Assembly (NCBI GenBank): GCA_934402395.1
Contig: CAKRTQ010000006.1
Location: 16,964-80,963 of the forward strand
Direction of reading: 5' to 3'
DNA: 64,000 bases
From: an uncultured Eubacteriales bacterium
GTDB lineage: Bacteria; Bacillota; Clostridia; Oscillospirales; CAG-272
Shown: positions 8,158 through 17,719 of the stretch, piece by piece
Position numbering within the stretch: position 1 is the first letter of the stretch
How the letters are laid out: each line of letters starts with the position of its first letter
Translations under genes and position numbers: made by a program
The notes under the pieces: model-generated
Databases searched by the model: none
What the model saw: only the letters and a program-made list of their open reading frames with translations
Told to the model about the DNA's origin: nothing

Positions 8158-8186
8158 ATTATATCAAAAAACAGTGCGGAATGCAA
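8158..8186 (-). promoter_or_regulatory. promoter for SRP RNA precursor (TTGCAT-17-TGaTATAAT)
   Basis: Read on the minus strand. The -10 is at 8163-8158 and the -35 at 8186-8181, about 36 nt upstream of the inferred mature 5' end. Confidence 0.45.
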
Positions 8187-8245
8187 TAGGTTTTGATCAT
8201 TTTTTTAGATCAGATATGCAGCATCGCTTATTTTGACCTTATCGG

Positions 8246-8274
8246 TTGACAGCCGGGGCTTTATAATGTATAAT
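8246..8274 (+). promoter_or_regulatory. sigma-A type promoter (TTGACA-17-TATAAT)
   Basis: TTGACA at 8246-8251 and TATAAT at 8269-8274. If this promoter is used, the track starts at 8233 and 8266 lie outside the transcript. Confidence 0.5.
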
Positions 8275-8313
8275 TACAACAGAAAAATAAACCCGACGAA
8301 AGGACACATCCTC

Positions 8314-9525
8314 TTGAATTACATATCCGAAACACTGAAAACACCCGTCACCGCATCCTGCGATGTAGCCGTCTGCGGCGGCGGTTTTGCCGGCATTGCG
8401 GCAGCTCTTGCCGCAGCAAGGCGCGGAGCCGATGTCATGCTAATAGAACGCGAATACGCCCTCGGCGGTCTCGGCACACTGGGGCTTGTGACAATATATC
8501 TGCCCATATGCGACGGCACGGGGAATCAGGTCATATTCGGAATAGGCGAAGAGCTTTTACTGCTTTCGATGAAGCACGGATATGAGTGCAAGTATCCCGC
8601 GCCGTGGGTCGAGGGCGGTTCGCATGAGGAAAAAAAGCGCACGCGCTTTCAGGTCGGATACAACGGTCCCCTTTTCATGATGGAAGCCGAGCGGCTTTTG
8701 CGCGATGCGGGGGTGAGGATACTTTACGGCACACAGGTGTGTTCCGTTGCCGCCGATAACGGCAGAATAAACGCGCTCATCATTGAAAACAAGAGCGGAC
8801 GCAGCGCCGTCGGCATCGGACGCGCGGTAGTGGATGCCACCGGCGACGCCGATATCGCCGCGTTTGCGGGCACCGGGACCGCGCTTTATACACGCGGAAA
8901 CACACTGTCGGCATGGTACTATTACTGCAACGAAAAGGAACGCAAACGCTGCATGCTGGGTCCCGCCGAGCTGACAGACGAGCAGATAGCCGCCGGAAAA
9001 ACTCAGAAACCGCCGCTTTCCCCACTCCGTTTCACAGGTATCGACGGGACCGAGATAAGCGAAATGATGCAGCTGTCGCATGATGCGACCTTCCGCGACT
9101 GGCAGAAAAAGCATGAAGCAGACCCGACCTTCATGCCCGACACGATAACGGCAATACCGCAGCTGCGTATGACGCGCCGCATATGCGGACTTGATACGCT
9201 CGACATTTACGCCGACAAAAGATATGAGGACAGCGTGGGACTTATCAGCAACTGGCGCGTCCGCGGTCCCGTGTATGAGGTACCCTTCGGCAGTCTTATC
9301 GCGCGCGGATGCAGCAATCTGCTCGCCGCAGGGCGCAATATCTCGGTAACGGATGCATCGTGGGAGATAACCCGCGTCATTCCCTGCTGCTCTGCATTCG
9401 GCGAGGCAGCCGGCGCAGCCGCCGCGCTGTTTGACGACTTTTCGGCGCCGGACAGAGCAATGACGGAAAAACTCGGAGCATCGCTCCGCGAGGGCGGTGT
9501 AAAACTGCACAAAGACGAAATATAA
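8314..9525 (+). CDS. FAD-dependent oxidoreductase (FAD_oxidored/PF12831-like)
   Basis: Track ORF 8233..9525. Dinucleotide-binding motif DVAVCGGGFAGIAAALAAARRGADVMLIEREYALGG. The start is placed at TTG 8314 (GAAAGGA SD 8 nt upstream, downstream of the promoter). ATG 8266 is the alternative. Confidence 0.75.
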   Translation: MNYISETLKTPVTASCDVAVCGGGFAGIAAALAAARRGADVMLIEREYALGGLGTLGLVTIYLPICDGTGNQVIFGIGEELLLLSMKHGYECKYPAPWVEGGSHEEKKRTRFQVGYNGPLFMMEAERLLRDAGVRILYGTQVCSVAADNGRINALIIENKSGRSAVGIGRAVVDATGDADIAAFAGTGTALYTRGNTLSAWYYYCNEKERKRCMLGPAELTDEQIAAGKTQKPPLSPLRFTGIDGTEISEMMQLSHDATFRDWQKKHEADPTFMPDTITAIPQLRMTRRICGLDTLDIYADKRYEDSVGLISNWRVRGPVYEVPFGSLIARGCSNLLAAGRNISVTDASWEITRVIPCCSAFGEAAGAAAALFDDFSAPDRAMTEKLGASLREGGVKLHKDEI

Positions 9526-9529
9526 AGCC

Positions 9530-9700
9530 GTGGGTGTTAAAAAAACCATTTGAGTTTTTAACACCCACGACGGCTTGTTCCCGGCGGCTGAACACCGCCG
9601 TTTTGCCGTTAAGGAAGCTAAACGCCGAGGCAAAAAACGACCAATGCCGCATTAGAAATGCCTATCCGGATCCGCAGTTTAGCGCAACGGCAACAGCACC
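9530..9700 (+). repeat. composite intergenic repeat element, copy E1 (39-nt palindrome plus conserved 28-nt hairpin core)
   Basis: Contains GTGGGTGTTAAAAAAACCATTTGAGTTTTTAACACCCAC (9530-9568). It then carries CGGCGGCTGAACACCGCCGTTTTGCCGT (9582-9609), which is identical to the complement of 61360-61387. It begins 5 nt after the upstream stop codon. Confidence 0.7.
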
Positions 9701-9720
9701 GAGCCTTTTACGATCCCATT

Positions 9721-11058
9721 TTATTTTCTTTTAGCGGAATACCGCATTATTTCCGCCACGAGTCCGGCACAGGTGCGTCGGTCAAGCTTTGATCTTGCGG
9801 TGCCGCCTACGCCCGCACCGACAAATCCCGCCGCGCGCATCGTACCGTAGCCCGCCGCCGCCCATGCCGGCACGCTGTCGTCGGCACACCAGGCGGCAGT
9901 CGCACCATCGGTCTTTATTTCAAGCAATCCCGCCGTTATGACCGCAGCCTCGGCAACGGTTATAGCCTCATCCGGCAGGAAGCACTGTTTGCCGTCCTTT
10001 ATCCACCCATCGCATACGCCAAGGCGGTACGCAGCGTTTATATACGGTCTTGCCGACGCCGGAATATCCCCGTCATCGGCGAAAACTGTGGCTGAGCACG
10101 CCGGGAGGTCTCTTATCCCCGCAGCCGTCATTGCCATAACAATAAATTCAGAGCGGCTCACCGTTTTTTCGGGGTAAAAATATGTCTTGCTGCCAACCTC
10201 GGTGCCTCCCATTATACCGGCATCGGAAACGCGGATCGCCGCGCTTTCAAACACGCTGCCGCTCATATCGGCAAAGCCCTCTCTTCCTCCCCGGCGGCTC
10301 ACGGTAATGCTGACGGCAGCCGCGTCACCGGCGCGCGCTCCCCACTCGTCGCGCACTGTATAGGAAAAGCTGTCACGCCCCGAAAAACCGTCCTCGGGGA
10401 TGTAAAGGTAGCTTCCCGCCGTACGGTCGGTTATTATTACGCTCCCGTGGCGCGGATACGCAGTCAGGGTAAAGAAAAGGTCGTCGCCGTCCGCATCGTA
10501 TGCGGCAAGCCGCCCGGCTGTCGGCATACCGGAGTATGTCGCACCGGTAAGCGATGCCGCAGTTGCCGTACCGAGCACCGGTGCATTGTTTTTTCCGTCA
10601 ATAAAGTTGACGGTACAGTTATAGCTGTGCGCACCGCCGTTCACGCTGAATGTAAAATCGGTCTTTTTGAGCTCCGCTCCGGCAGGAACGAACGCCATGC
10701 GCGAGATATTGAGGCGTGACACGCTTTGCCCCTCGGCAAGAGCCAGCGAACCTATCTGAAGTCTGCCGTCGGCAGAAGCCGGTATTGAGGTGAGTGTGAT
10801 ATATTCAAGCGCCGACACGCCGGCAGCCGCCTCGAAATCCGCTACCTCAAATATCGCCTCGCCGCCTTTTTTTGCCGCGACCGCCATACGCTCGCCCGCC
10901 GCCACGACAGCAATTCCGGGCGAGAGCATTTTTGCGTTTTCGGATGCGCTTGCCGAAGCCGCCCGTGCAGCCGCCGTTCCCGCCGGCTTGGGCAGGATCG
11001 CCTGCGCCGACAAAAGTGAGATCATAAATGTAAGCAGAAAGGATAATGCTTTTATCAT
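9721..11058 (-). CDS. secreted SLH-domain cell-surface protein with cadherin/Ig-like repeat
   Basis: Signal peptide MIKALSFLLTFMISLLSAQA. A cadherin-like segment (YDADGDDLFFTLTAYPRHGSVIITDRTAGSYLYIPEDGFSGRDSFSYTV). Three C-terminal SLH-like repeats (FADMSGSVFESAAIRVSDAGIMGG...; FADDGDIPASARPYINAAYRLGV...). Confidence 0.75.
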   Translation of the reverse strand: MIKALSFLLTFMISLLSAQAILPKPAGTAAARAASASASENAKMLSPGIAVVAAGERMAVAAKKGGEAIFEVADFEAAAGVSALEYITLTSIPASADGRLQIGSLALAEGQSVSRLNISRMAFVPAGAELKKTDFTFSVNGGAHSYNCTVNFIDGKNNAPVLGTATAASLTGATYSGMPTAGRLAAYDADGDDLFFTLTAYPRHGSVIITDRTAGSYLYIPEDGFSGRDSFSYTVRDEWGARAGDAAAVSITVSRRGGREGFADMSGSVFESAAIRVSDAGIMGGTEVGSKTYFYPEKTVSRSEFIVMAMTAAGIRDLPACSATVFADDGDIPASARPYINAAYRLGVCDGWIKDGKQCFLPDEAITVAEAAVITAGLLEIKTDGATAAWCADDSVPAWAAAGYGTMRAAGFVGAGVGGTARSKLDRRTCAGLVAEIMRYSAKRK

Positions 11059-11241
11059 TCCGGAACCTCCGCATATATAATTTTGACTACTTAAATATAC
11101 TCGCGGCGGGGACGGTATATGACAGCCGCCGCAGAGTGCAAAATTACATTTTGTTTTTGCTCTATTAACGAAAAAAACTCAAGCGCGGGTTATAATAATA
11201 TAATAATTACTTGAAGATCTTTTCAGGAGCATAGTGCGGAT

Positions 11242-12141
11242 ATGATCATTGACATTACTCCGGAGCTTGACGGTCTGACCGTTTTTGATATTCTGAGGCG
11301 GCGGATGCACATTTCCACCGGCACGCTGACACTGCTTAAAAACTCGCCGTCCGGCATTACGGTTGACGGCGTGCGGGTGACAGTCAGGTACCGCCTCAGA
11401 ACCGGCGAAAAGCTCGCGCTCGACCTTGCCGATAAGCCCGAAACCGGGACCTCCGAGATCGTCCCCAAAAAGCTGCCGCTTTCCATCATATTTGAAGACA
11501 ACGACATAATAGTTGCCGACAAGCCGGCGGGAATGCCGACTCACCCCACTCACGGACACCTTGACGACACTCTCGCCAATGCGCTTGCCTACCGCGCTGT
11601 TGTGCGCGGCGAACCGTTTGTCTTTCGCCCCGCCAACCGCCTTGACCGCAACACGAGCGGGATCGTACTGCTCGCCAAAAACAGGCTGGCATCAAGCCGG
11701 CTTTATGAAGATATGAAAAACGGGGCGATACACAAAACATACGCCGCCGTGACAGCGGGCGTTCCCACGCCGCCGAGCGGCAAAATAGACGCCCCCATTG
11801 CACGCGCAGACGAGGGCATTCTCATGCGCGTCGTGCGCGACGACGGCGCGCCATCGGTTACAGAGTACAGCGTTATGCGTACATCGGGCGATGGAAAATA
11901 CGCGCTCGTGGCGCTTCGCCCCCTCACCGGAAGAACGCATCAGATACGCGTTCATATGGCGCATATCGGCTGTCCGCTCATCGGCGATTTTCTGTACGGC
12001 ACCGAATGCCCCGAGCTGATAACGCGCCACGCTCTTCACGCTGCAAGGCTCGAATTCACGCACCCGATCACGGGCAAGCTTTTGAGGATGTCCTCGCCCC
12101 TGCCCGCCGATATGCTGAAGGTCATACGCGATAATTTCTGA
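11242..12141 (+). CDS. RluA-family 23S rRNA pseudouridine synthase (RluD-like, S4 domain N-terminal)
   Basis: Catalytic motif RLDRNTSGIVLLAK and HQIRVHMAHIGCPLIGDFLYG. Confidence 0.9.
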   Translation: MIIDITPELDGLTVFDILRRRMHISTGTLTLLKNSPSGITVDGVRVTVRYRLRTGEKLALDLADKPETGTSEIVPKKLPLSIIFEDNDIIVADKPAGMPTHPTHGHLDDTLANALAYRAVVRGEPFVFRPANRLDRNTSGIVLLAKNRLASSRLYEDMKNGAIHKTYAAVTAGVPTPPSGKIDAPIARADEGILMRVVRDDGAPSVTEYSVMRTSGDGKYALVALRPLTGRTHQIRVHMAHIGCPLIGDFLYGTECPELITRHALHAARLEFTHPITGKLLRMSSPLPADMLKVIRDNF

Positions 12142-12159
12142 CAGGAAGGAAAAATTTCA

Positions 12160-13335
12160 ATGAGCGATACAGAAAAAAACGAAGGCATTGAGGAAAAAGC
12201 CACGACGGAGATCAGCCCGGAGGATAATTCCGCAGGATCGGAAACGGACGCGCAGAAAAAACGCTTCCCCATATGGGCACTTGTATTTTACGGACTGGCT
12301 GTCGTCGCACTTGCCGTATATATTGCAGCAAGGCTCTCGCCGTCATTTGCCGACTTCTTCAACTTCCGCATCAGCTCGGTGCTGCGCGGTTTTCTTGCGC
12401 ACCTGACCGGCTTTTTGCCCTTTTCGCTCGGCGAGGCGATCGTAATATTCATTCCCGTCGCCGCAGTATTCCTTATAATTCACGCCTGTCGGAAATACTC
12501 CGACAGCTTCAGGTCGGTCTTTATTTATGTCGGAGCGGTTTTTTCGGCGGTCTCGCTGCTTTTTTCGATTTTTGTTTTCAACTTCGGGACAGGATACTAC
12601 GGTACGACGGTTGACAAAAAGCTCGGCATTGACCGCACCGATGTTTCGGCAGAGGAGCTCTACCGCACAGCCGCAATACTTGCCGGGCATGTAAATGAGG
12701 AATCCGCCAATATAAAATACACCTACAGCAATTTCTCGGTTATGCCCTACTCGTTTGATGAGATGAGCCGCCGCCTTGTCGCCGCATACGACAGGGTTTG
12801 CGAGAAGTACGATTTTATTCCGCGACTTTCCTCACGCGTGAAGCCGGTAATGCTGAGCGAGCCCTGGACCTACACGCACATCTCCGGCGTTTACACTTAT
12901 TTTACCGGCGAGGCGAATATAAACACCAACTTCCCCGATTACACCATTCCGTACACGGCAGCGCACGAAATGGCTCATCAGCGCGGCATTGCACGCGAGG
13001 ACGAGGCAAATTTCATTGCTTTTCTCGTCTGCACCGCATCCGACGACCCATACATCCGTTACAGCGGATACCTTGAGGTGTATGAGTATGTGGCGTCGTC
13101 GCTCTATTCGGCAAATAAAAACTATTATTCCGCCGTTACCGCAGCAGTGAAACCGAATGTGCGTGCGGAAATGGCTGCATATTCCGCATTTTTCGACAAA
13201 TACCGCGAAAATGTCGCAGCCAACGTCTCGGAGGCGGTGAACAACTCATATCTGCAGATGCAGGGCACCGTCGGGTCGAAAAGCTACGGTCTTGTGGTCG
13301 ATCTTACAGTGGCATATTACCGTGCATCCGAATAA
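12160..13335 (+). CDS. DUF3810 family membrane-associated putative zinc metallopeptidase
   Basis: N-terminal TM helices and the HEMAHQRG(I)AREDEANF motif typical of DUF3810. Confidence 0.75.
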   Translation: MSDTEKNEGIEEKATTEISPEDNSAGSETDAQKKRFPIWALVFYGLAVVALAVYIAARLSPSFADFFNFRISSVLRGFLAHLTGFLPFSLGEAIVIFIPVAAVFLIIHACRKYSDSFRSVFIYVGAVFSAVSLLFSIFVFNFGTGYYGTTVDKKLGIDRTDVSAEELYRTAAILAGHVNEESANIKYTYSNFSVMPYSFDEMSRRLVAAYDRVCEKYDFIPRLSSRVKPVMLSEPWTYTHISGVYTYFTGEANINTNFPDYTIPYTAAHEMAHQRGIAREDEANFIAFLVCTASDDPYIRYSGYLEVYEYVASSLYSANKNYYSAVTAAVKPNVRAEMAAYSAFFDKYRENVAANVSEAVNNSYLQMQGTVGSKSYGLVVDLTVAYYRASE

Positions 13336-13597
13336 AATATCAGAGAGGAACTGTAATTTTATAACACAAAAGTTTTTGTATGTATCCGGATGCTTTAAAT
13401 GTGTCTTTTTGCGCATATGCAGCTCTGCTTTTTGATGTTGAAGGGAAAAAAATAAAAAAATTTTTCTTTTTTTTTCGTTTTTTTCCCTTCGCCTCTTTTC
13501 TTTTGTGTAAATATATGATATAATTAGATGGATTGGAATCTGAGCGCTCAATACGAGCAATACTATATATAAACTGCATCATACAACCGGGAAAGGC

Positions 13598-14899
13598 ATG
13601 GTAATATCCATGAAGAAAATCGTTATCGGCGGGGGACGCCCCCTTTACGGTGATATAAATGTCAGCGGAATGAAAAATGCCGCTTTACCGATAATCTTTG
13701 CCAGCATACTCACAAAAGACAAGTGCGTTATTGAAAATCTGCCCGAGGTCAGCGATGTTGCGCTGTCGCTCCGCATTCTTCGTTCAATGGGTGCATCGGT
13801 AAAAATGATCAACCGCACGACGGTCGAAATAGACACTGCGCACTTTGTCGGCGGATCATCGCCAGAACAGCTTGTCTCCAAGCTGCGCGGTTCAACATAT
13901 CTGCTCGGAGCGGAGCTGGGACGCTTCGGCGAGGCGCGCGTCGGTTTTTCCGGCGGGTGCGATTTCGGCACGCGCCCGATAGATCAGCACAAAAAGGGCT
14001 TTGAGGCTCTCGGTGCCGTAATGACGATAGAAAACGGATGTAATCATATAGTCACGGGACCTTCCGGTCTTTGCGGAGCATCGATATACTTTGATATTGC
14101 CAGCGTTGGCGCAACGATAAATGTCATTCTTGCCGCCGTCACCACGCCGGGGCGCACCTCCATTGACAATGCCGCCCGCGAGCCGCACATCGTTGACCTT
14201 GCCAACTTCCTCAATGCGTGCGGTGCGCGCATTTCCGGAGCGGGAACATCGTTCATTAAAATTCAGGGTGTGGAACGTCTGCACGGATGCAATTATACGA
14301 TAATTCCCGATATGATTGAAGCCGGGACATATATGGCTGCCGCAGCTGCGGCAGGCGGACGCGTGACAGTGCGCGGCGTTATCCCCAAGCATATGGAAAC
14401 CGTCACCGCCAAGCTGCTTGAAATGGGCGTGGCTGTGGACGAGTGCGACGACAGCATTATTGTCAGCCGCAGCGGCCGCCTTCAGCACGCAAATATAAAA
14501 ACGTATTTTTACCCCGGCTTCCCCACCGATATGCATCCGCAGTTCAGCGCGCTTCTTGCTATGGCAAGCGGAACGTCATCGGTCACGGAGGGCGTGTTTG
14601 AGGGCAGATTCAAGTACGTTGACGAGCTTATAAAAATGAATGCGGACATTTCCGTTGACGGCAGAACGGCAACCATCGTTGGCGTTGACAGGCTGACCGG
14701 CGCACCTGTAAAAGCGGTAGATCTGCGCGGCGGCGCCGCGCTTGTGATCGCCGGTCTTGCTGCCGAAGGCACCACCGAGATAAGCAATGTTGAGTTCATA
14801 GAACGCGGATATGATAATATCGTCGGCAAGCTTCGCGGAATCGGAGCGGACATATCGCTTGTAGACATTCCTGATGCCGCAATTGCAAAAGCCAACTGA
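13598..14899 (+). CDS. murA: UDP-N-acetylglucosamine 1-carboxyvinyltransferase
   Basis: GGRPLYGDINVSGMKNAALPIIFASIL..., the active-site loop (LRGSTYLLGAELGRFGEARVGFSGGCDFGTRPIDQH) and FPGFPTDMHPQF. ATG 13610 (MKKIVIGGG) is an alternative start. Confidence 0.95.
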   Translation: MVISMKKIVIGGGRPLYGDINVSGMKNAALPIIFASILTKDKCVIENLPEVSDVALSLRILRSMGASVKMINRTTVEIDTAHFVGGSSPEQLVSKLRGSTYLLGAELGRFGEARVGFSGGCDFGTRPIDQHKKGFEALGAVMTIENGCNHIVTGPSGLCGASIYFDIASVGATINVILAAVTTPGRTSIDNAAREPHIVDLANFLNACGARISGAGTSFIKIQGVERLHGCNYTIIPDMIEAGTYMAAAAAAGGRVTVRGVIPKHMETVTAKLLEMGVAVDECDDSIIVSRSGRLQHANIKTYFYPGFPTDMHPQFSALLAMASGTSSVTEGVFEGRFKYVDELIKMNADISVDGRTATIVGVDRLTGAPVKAVDLRGGAALVIAGLAAEGTTEISNVEFIERGYDNIVGKLRGIGADISLVDIPDAAIAKAN

Positions 14900-14919
14900 A
14901 TATATTTCTGTTATATTAC

Positions 14920-15030
14920 GGGCTGCCGGAAATCAAATGCTTTCGGCAGCCCGTAAAAATGGCGGCGCAGTGCCGCCAAAACAAAAATATCGTGGGTGTA
15001 AAAAACTCAAAAGGAGATTTTTACACCCAC
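14920..15030 (-). repeat. degenerate copy of the composite repeat element (palindrome 14992-15030 plus two further hairpins)
   Basis: Contains GTGGGTGTAAAAAACTCAAAAGGAGATTTTTACACCCAC, then (minus orientation) GGCGGCACTGCGCCGCC and GGGCTGCCG...CGGCAGCCC hairpins. It lies between the convergent murA and spoVT genes. Confidence 0.6.
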
Positions 15031-15056
15031 TATTTATTGTTTATGCGGAATTCTTT

Positions 15057-15614
15057 TTATGCCTCGAGGTGCTTGCCGAGGAAGCCCGCGGCGGTTTCGA
15101 CGAGCTTTGCCTCGGCACCGTTCGAGGCAAGCGCGCCCTTTCTGCCGTTATCGGAGCCGGCAAGCGACACAACGCATCCGAGTATATCGCCCTCGCTGAT
15201 TATCGGCATGGCACAGCTTATATAATAGGAATTTTCATTTTCAACAGGCGAGATTTTTTCATCGCCTTCGCGCCAGATATAAAGACTGCGCCCCTCAATT
15301 ATTTTTTCGAGCTCACCCGAGAGCTGCTTTTCGGCGTAATCGCGGCGCGGCACGCCGGCAGCCGCGATTACGGCATCGCGGTCGCATATCATGACGTTAA
15401 GCTCGCACGTTTTGTGGAGCGTCTCCGCATACTGCGCGGCAAAGGTATTGAGCTCGCCTATCGGCGAGTATTTTTTGAATATGACTTCTCCGTCTCTGTC
15501 GGTGTAAATCTCAAGTGGATCGCCCTCTCTTATTCGCATGGTCCTTCTGATCTCCTTGGGGATAACGACTCTTCCGAGGTCGTCTATCCTTCTGACGATT
15601 CCCGTTGCCTTCAT
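15057..15614 (-). CDS. spoVT: stage V sporulation protein T (AbrB-family regulator)
   Basis: MKATGIVRRIDDLGRVVIPKEIRRTMRIREGDPLEIYTDRDGEVIFKKYSPIGEL is near-identical to the SpoVT swapped-hairpin N-domain. A GAF-like C-domain follows. Confidence 0.93.
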   Translation of the reverse strand: MKATGIVRRIDDLGRVVIPKEIRRTMRIREGDPLEIYTDRDGEVIFKKYSPIGELNTFAAQYAETLHKTCELNVMICDRDAVIAAAGVPRRDYAEKQLSGELEKIIEGRSLYIWREGDEKISPVENENSYYISCAMPIISEGDILGCVVSLAGSDNGRKGALASNGAEAKLVETAAGFLGKHLEA

Positions 15615-15830
15615 TTATATAAAAACCTTCCTTTCACACGGCTATTTGATCAATGGATCAAAGGCACACGGCAAAAAGCGTCGAAATATATTGGCTTCTC
15701 TTCGCTTCAGCCGTTGGTCTGCCTTAATATTCTTTGCATCTTGTCGGAAAATATACTATCAATTGCTCCTATAACCGCTTTTTTGATATATAATGAAAGG
15801 CTCAGGCTGCGTCTTTACCGCTGAGGTCAG

Positions 15831-16943
15831 TCAATCTCCCTCGCCGGATTTGAAATTATAAACAGGACGCAGGATCTTATCGACCGTTACCGTTTCACCG
15901 ATATTTGAAATTATGCTTTCCATAGGCTTGTATGCCATCGGAGATTCGTCAATCGTGGCGCGCGTGACCGATGTTGTAAAAATACCGCTCATTGACTTTT
16001 TGAATTCCGAAAGCGATATACGCCCCATGGCATCGGCACGGCTCATCAGTCTGCCTGCTCCGTGCGGTGCGCTTTCGTTCCATTCGCTGTTTCCGAGTCC
16101 GGTGCAAAGCAGGCTCCCGTCGCGCATATTCATAGGTATCAGCAAGTGCTCGCCTTTTTTGGCGGACACAGCTCCCTTGCGCAATATCATGGACTCAATA
16201 TCAATATAATTGTGTACGGTCGTAAAGCTATCCTCGGCGTGCAGCTTCATGCCATCAAGAATATCCTCGGCGATCGCACAGCGGTTGAGCGCGGCAAATT
16301 CCTGCATTATTGCCATATCGTGCAGATATGACTGCATCTCATTTCCCGAAAGGCAGGCAAGCTCATACGGGATCTCCTTTTGCTCCTTGCCTCCGCACGC
16401 GGCATACGCCAGCTTTTGGTAATATTCCGCTACCCGCATACCCGGCGCACGGCTACCGCTGTGGATGACAAGGTACAGATCATCACCATCGGTATCGATC
16501 TCGATAAAGTGATTTCCACCGCCGAGCGTACCTATACTTTCATAAGCCGAACGCAGATCAAGCTTATCTGCCGCAATAAGTTCACCGAGCCTTGCCGCAC
16601 CGCTTTTGCGGTGAGATCTTTTTCTTGCCGCGCTGCCGTTCGGAATGTTTTTTTGTATGAATGAATCAAGCGCCGGCAGACGTACGCGCTTTTCGCGCAG
16701 GCGCACAACCAGCATACCGCAGCCTATATCCACGCCGACAAGTCCCGGAATTATCCTGTCTCCAACCGTCATGGTAGTGCCGACGGTGCATCCCTTACCT
16801 GCATGAACGTCAGGCATTATGCGTATTTTGCAGCCATCCGAATATTTAAGGTCGCAAAGTGCCTTTATCTGTCCCTCGGCGGCACTGTCTATGCTGTCGG
16901 CATAAACCGATGCGCAGGCATATTTTCCTTTTATCACGATCAT
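15831..16943 (-). CDS. rtcB: RtcB-family RNA 3'-phosphate ligase
   Basis: Track ORF 15831..16991, refined to ATG 16943 (GAGGAG SD). Motifs: PDVHAGKG, GGGNHFIE, HSGSR and the SAPHGAGR nucleotidyl-His motif. Confidence 0.9.
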   Translation of the reverse strand: MIVIKGKYACASVYADSIDSAAEGQIKALCDLKYSDGCKIRIMPDVHAGKGCTVGTTMTVGDRIIPGLVGVDIGCGMLVVRLREKRVRLPALDSFIQKNIPNGSAARKRSHRKSGAARLGELIAADKLDLRSAYESIGTLGGGNHFIEIDTDGDDLYLVIHSGSRAPGMRVAEYYQKLAYAACGGKEQKEIPYELACLSGNEMQSYLHDMAIMQEFAALNRCAIAEDILDGMKLHAEDSFTTVHNYIDIESMILRKGAVSAKKGEHLLIPMNMRDGSLLCTGLGNSEWNESAPHGAGRLMSRADAMGRISLSEFKKSMSGIFTTSVTRATIDESPMAYKPMESIISNIGETVTVDKILRPVYNFKSGEGD

Positions 16944-17131
16944 GTCATATATCTCCTCAACGATTTTCACTATATTATAACATATTTTCACGCCGGTTTG
17001 AACAGACTTTTCAAAAAAATCGCGTCACTCAACCAATGCGTCACACGGCTGATACCCGATGAGACCCGGTGAGACTTTTGCGACGCCGGGAAGCCTTATA
17101 ATCGTGGTACCGAACAGGAAAGGAGAACACA

Positions 17132-17719
17132 ATGGATAACATCAGCATCACGATCCGCAAACGGATAGCAACCGCCGATGAGGGCGCGTGCATCATTTGC
17201 GGCAACAACGACTATGCGGTTGAATTCGATTTTGACGATGAATGGGAATCGTACAGATTCAAGACGGCAAGATTCATAACCGATAACGGCAGCCTGGCGG
17301 ATGTTCAGTTCGATGGCAGTGTGGTGAAAGTGCCGATACTGAGGAACGCCCGCGCGGTTCTTGTCGGCGTGTTTGCGGGAGATCTGCGGACTACGACTGC
17401 GGCAATGATACGCACGCTTCCCTGCATAACCGACTCCGGCGGTATTCCCGCCGCACCGCCGCCCGACATTTATGCTCAAATTATGGAGCATTTCAACCGT
17501 CTTGCGGTGCCATCGATAGGAAGCAACGGGAACTGGTTCATAGGCGGCGTTGACACGGGACTTCCCTCGCGCGGAGCCAAGGGCGACACCGGCGCCGCAG
17601 GGTCTGACGGAAAAACGCCCGTGAAAGGAACAGACTATTTTACCGAGGCGGATAAATCCGCCATGATCGCCGCCGTTCTGGCGGCAATGCCAAACGGCGA
17701 TGAGGTGGCATATGGATAA
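17132..17719 (+). CDS. phage tail-fibre/baseplate-like protein with short collagen-like GXY stretch
   Basis: AAAGGAG SD. The N-terminal domain resembles phage BppU-type N domains. GAKGDTGAAGSDGKT GXY triplets (17573-17629) are followed by DYFTEADKSAMIAAVLAAM, which is typical of phage fibre proteins. Confidence 0.6.
   Translation: MDNISITIRKRIATADEGACIICGNNDYAVEFDFDDEWESYRFKTARFITDNGSLADVQFDGSVVKVPILRNARAVLVGVFAGDLRTTTAAMIRTLPCITDSGGIPAAPPPDIYAQIMEHFNRLAVPSIGSNGNWFIGGVDTGLPSRGAKGDTGAAGSDGKTPVKGTDYFTEADKSAMIAAVLAAMPNGDEVAYG

Noticed and set aside
9534-9734. Short ORFs spanning the palindromic repeats (9534..9734, 9377..9652, 14959..15225, 61265..61450 and 61281..61526), giving peptides such as GVKKLKLSFLTPP.
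   Set aside because: They are translations of the hairpin repeats in both orientations. Their similarity comes from the DNA palindrome, not from a conserved protein.
13443-13487. A/T homopolymer palindrome GGGA7TA7T5CT9CGT7CCC in the DUF3810-murA spacer.
   Set aside because: It is probably just a weak A/T-stem terminator or curved promoter-upstream DNA. It is low-complexity, and there is no evidence for a specific element.
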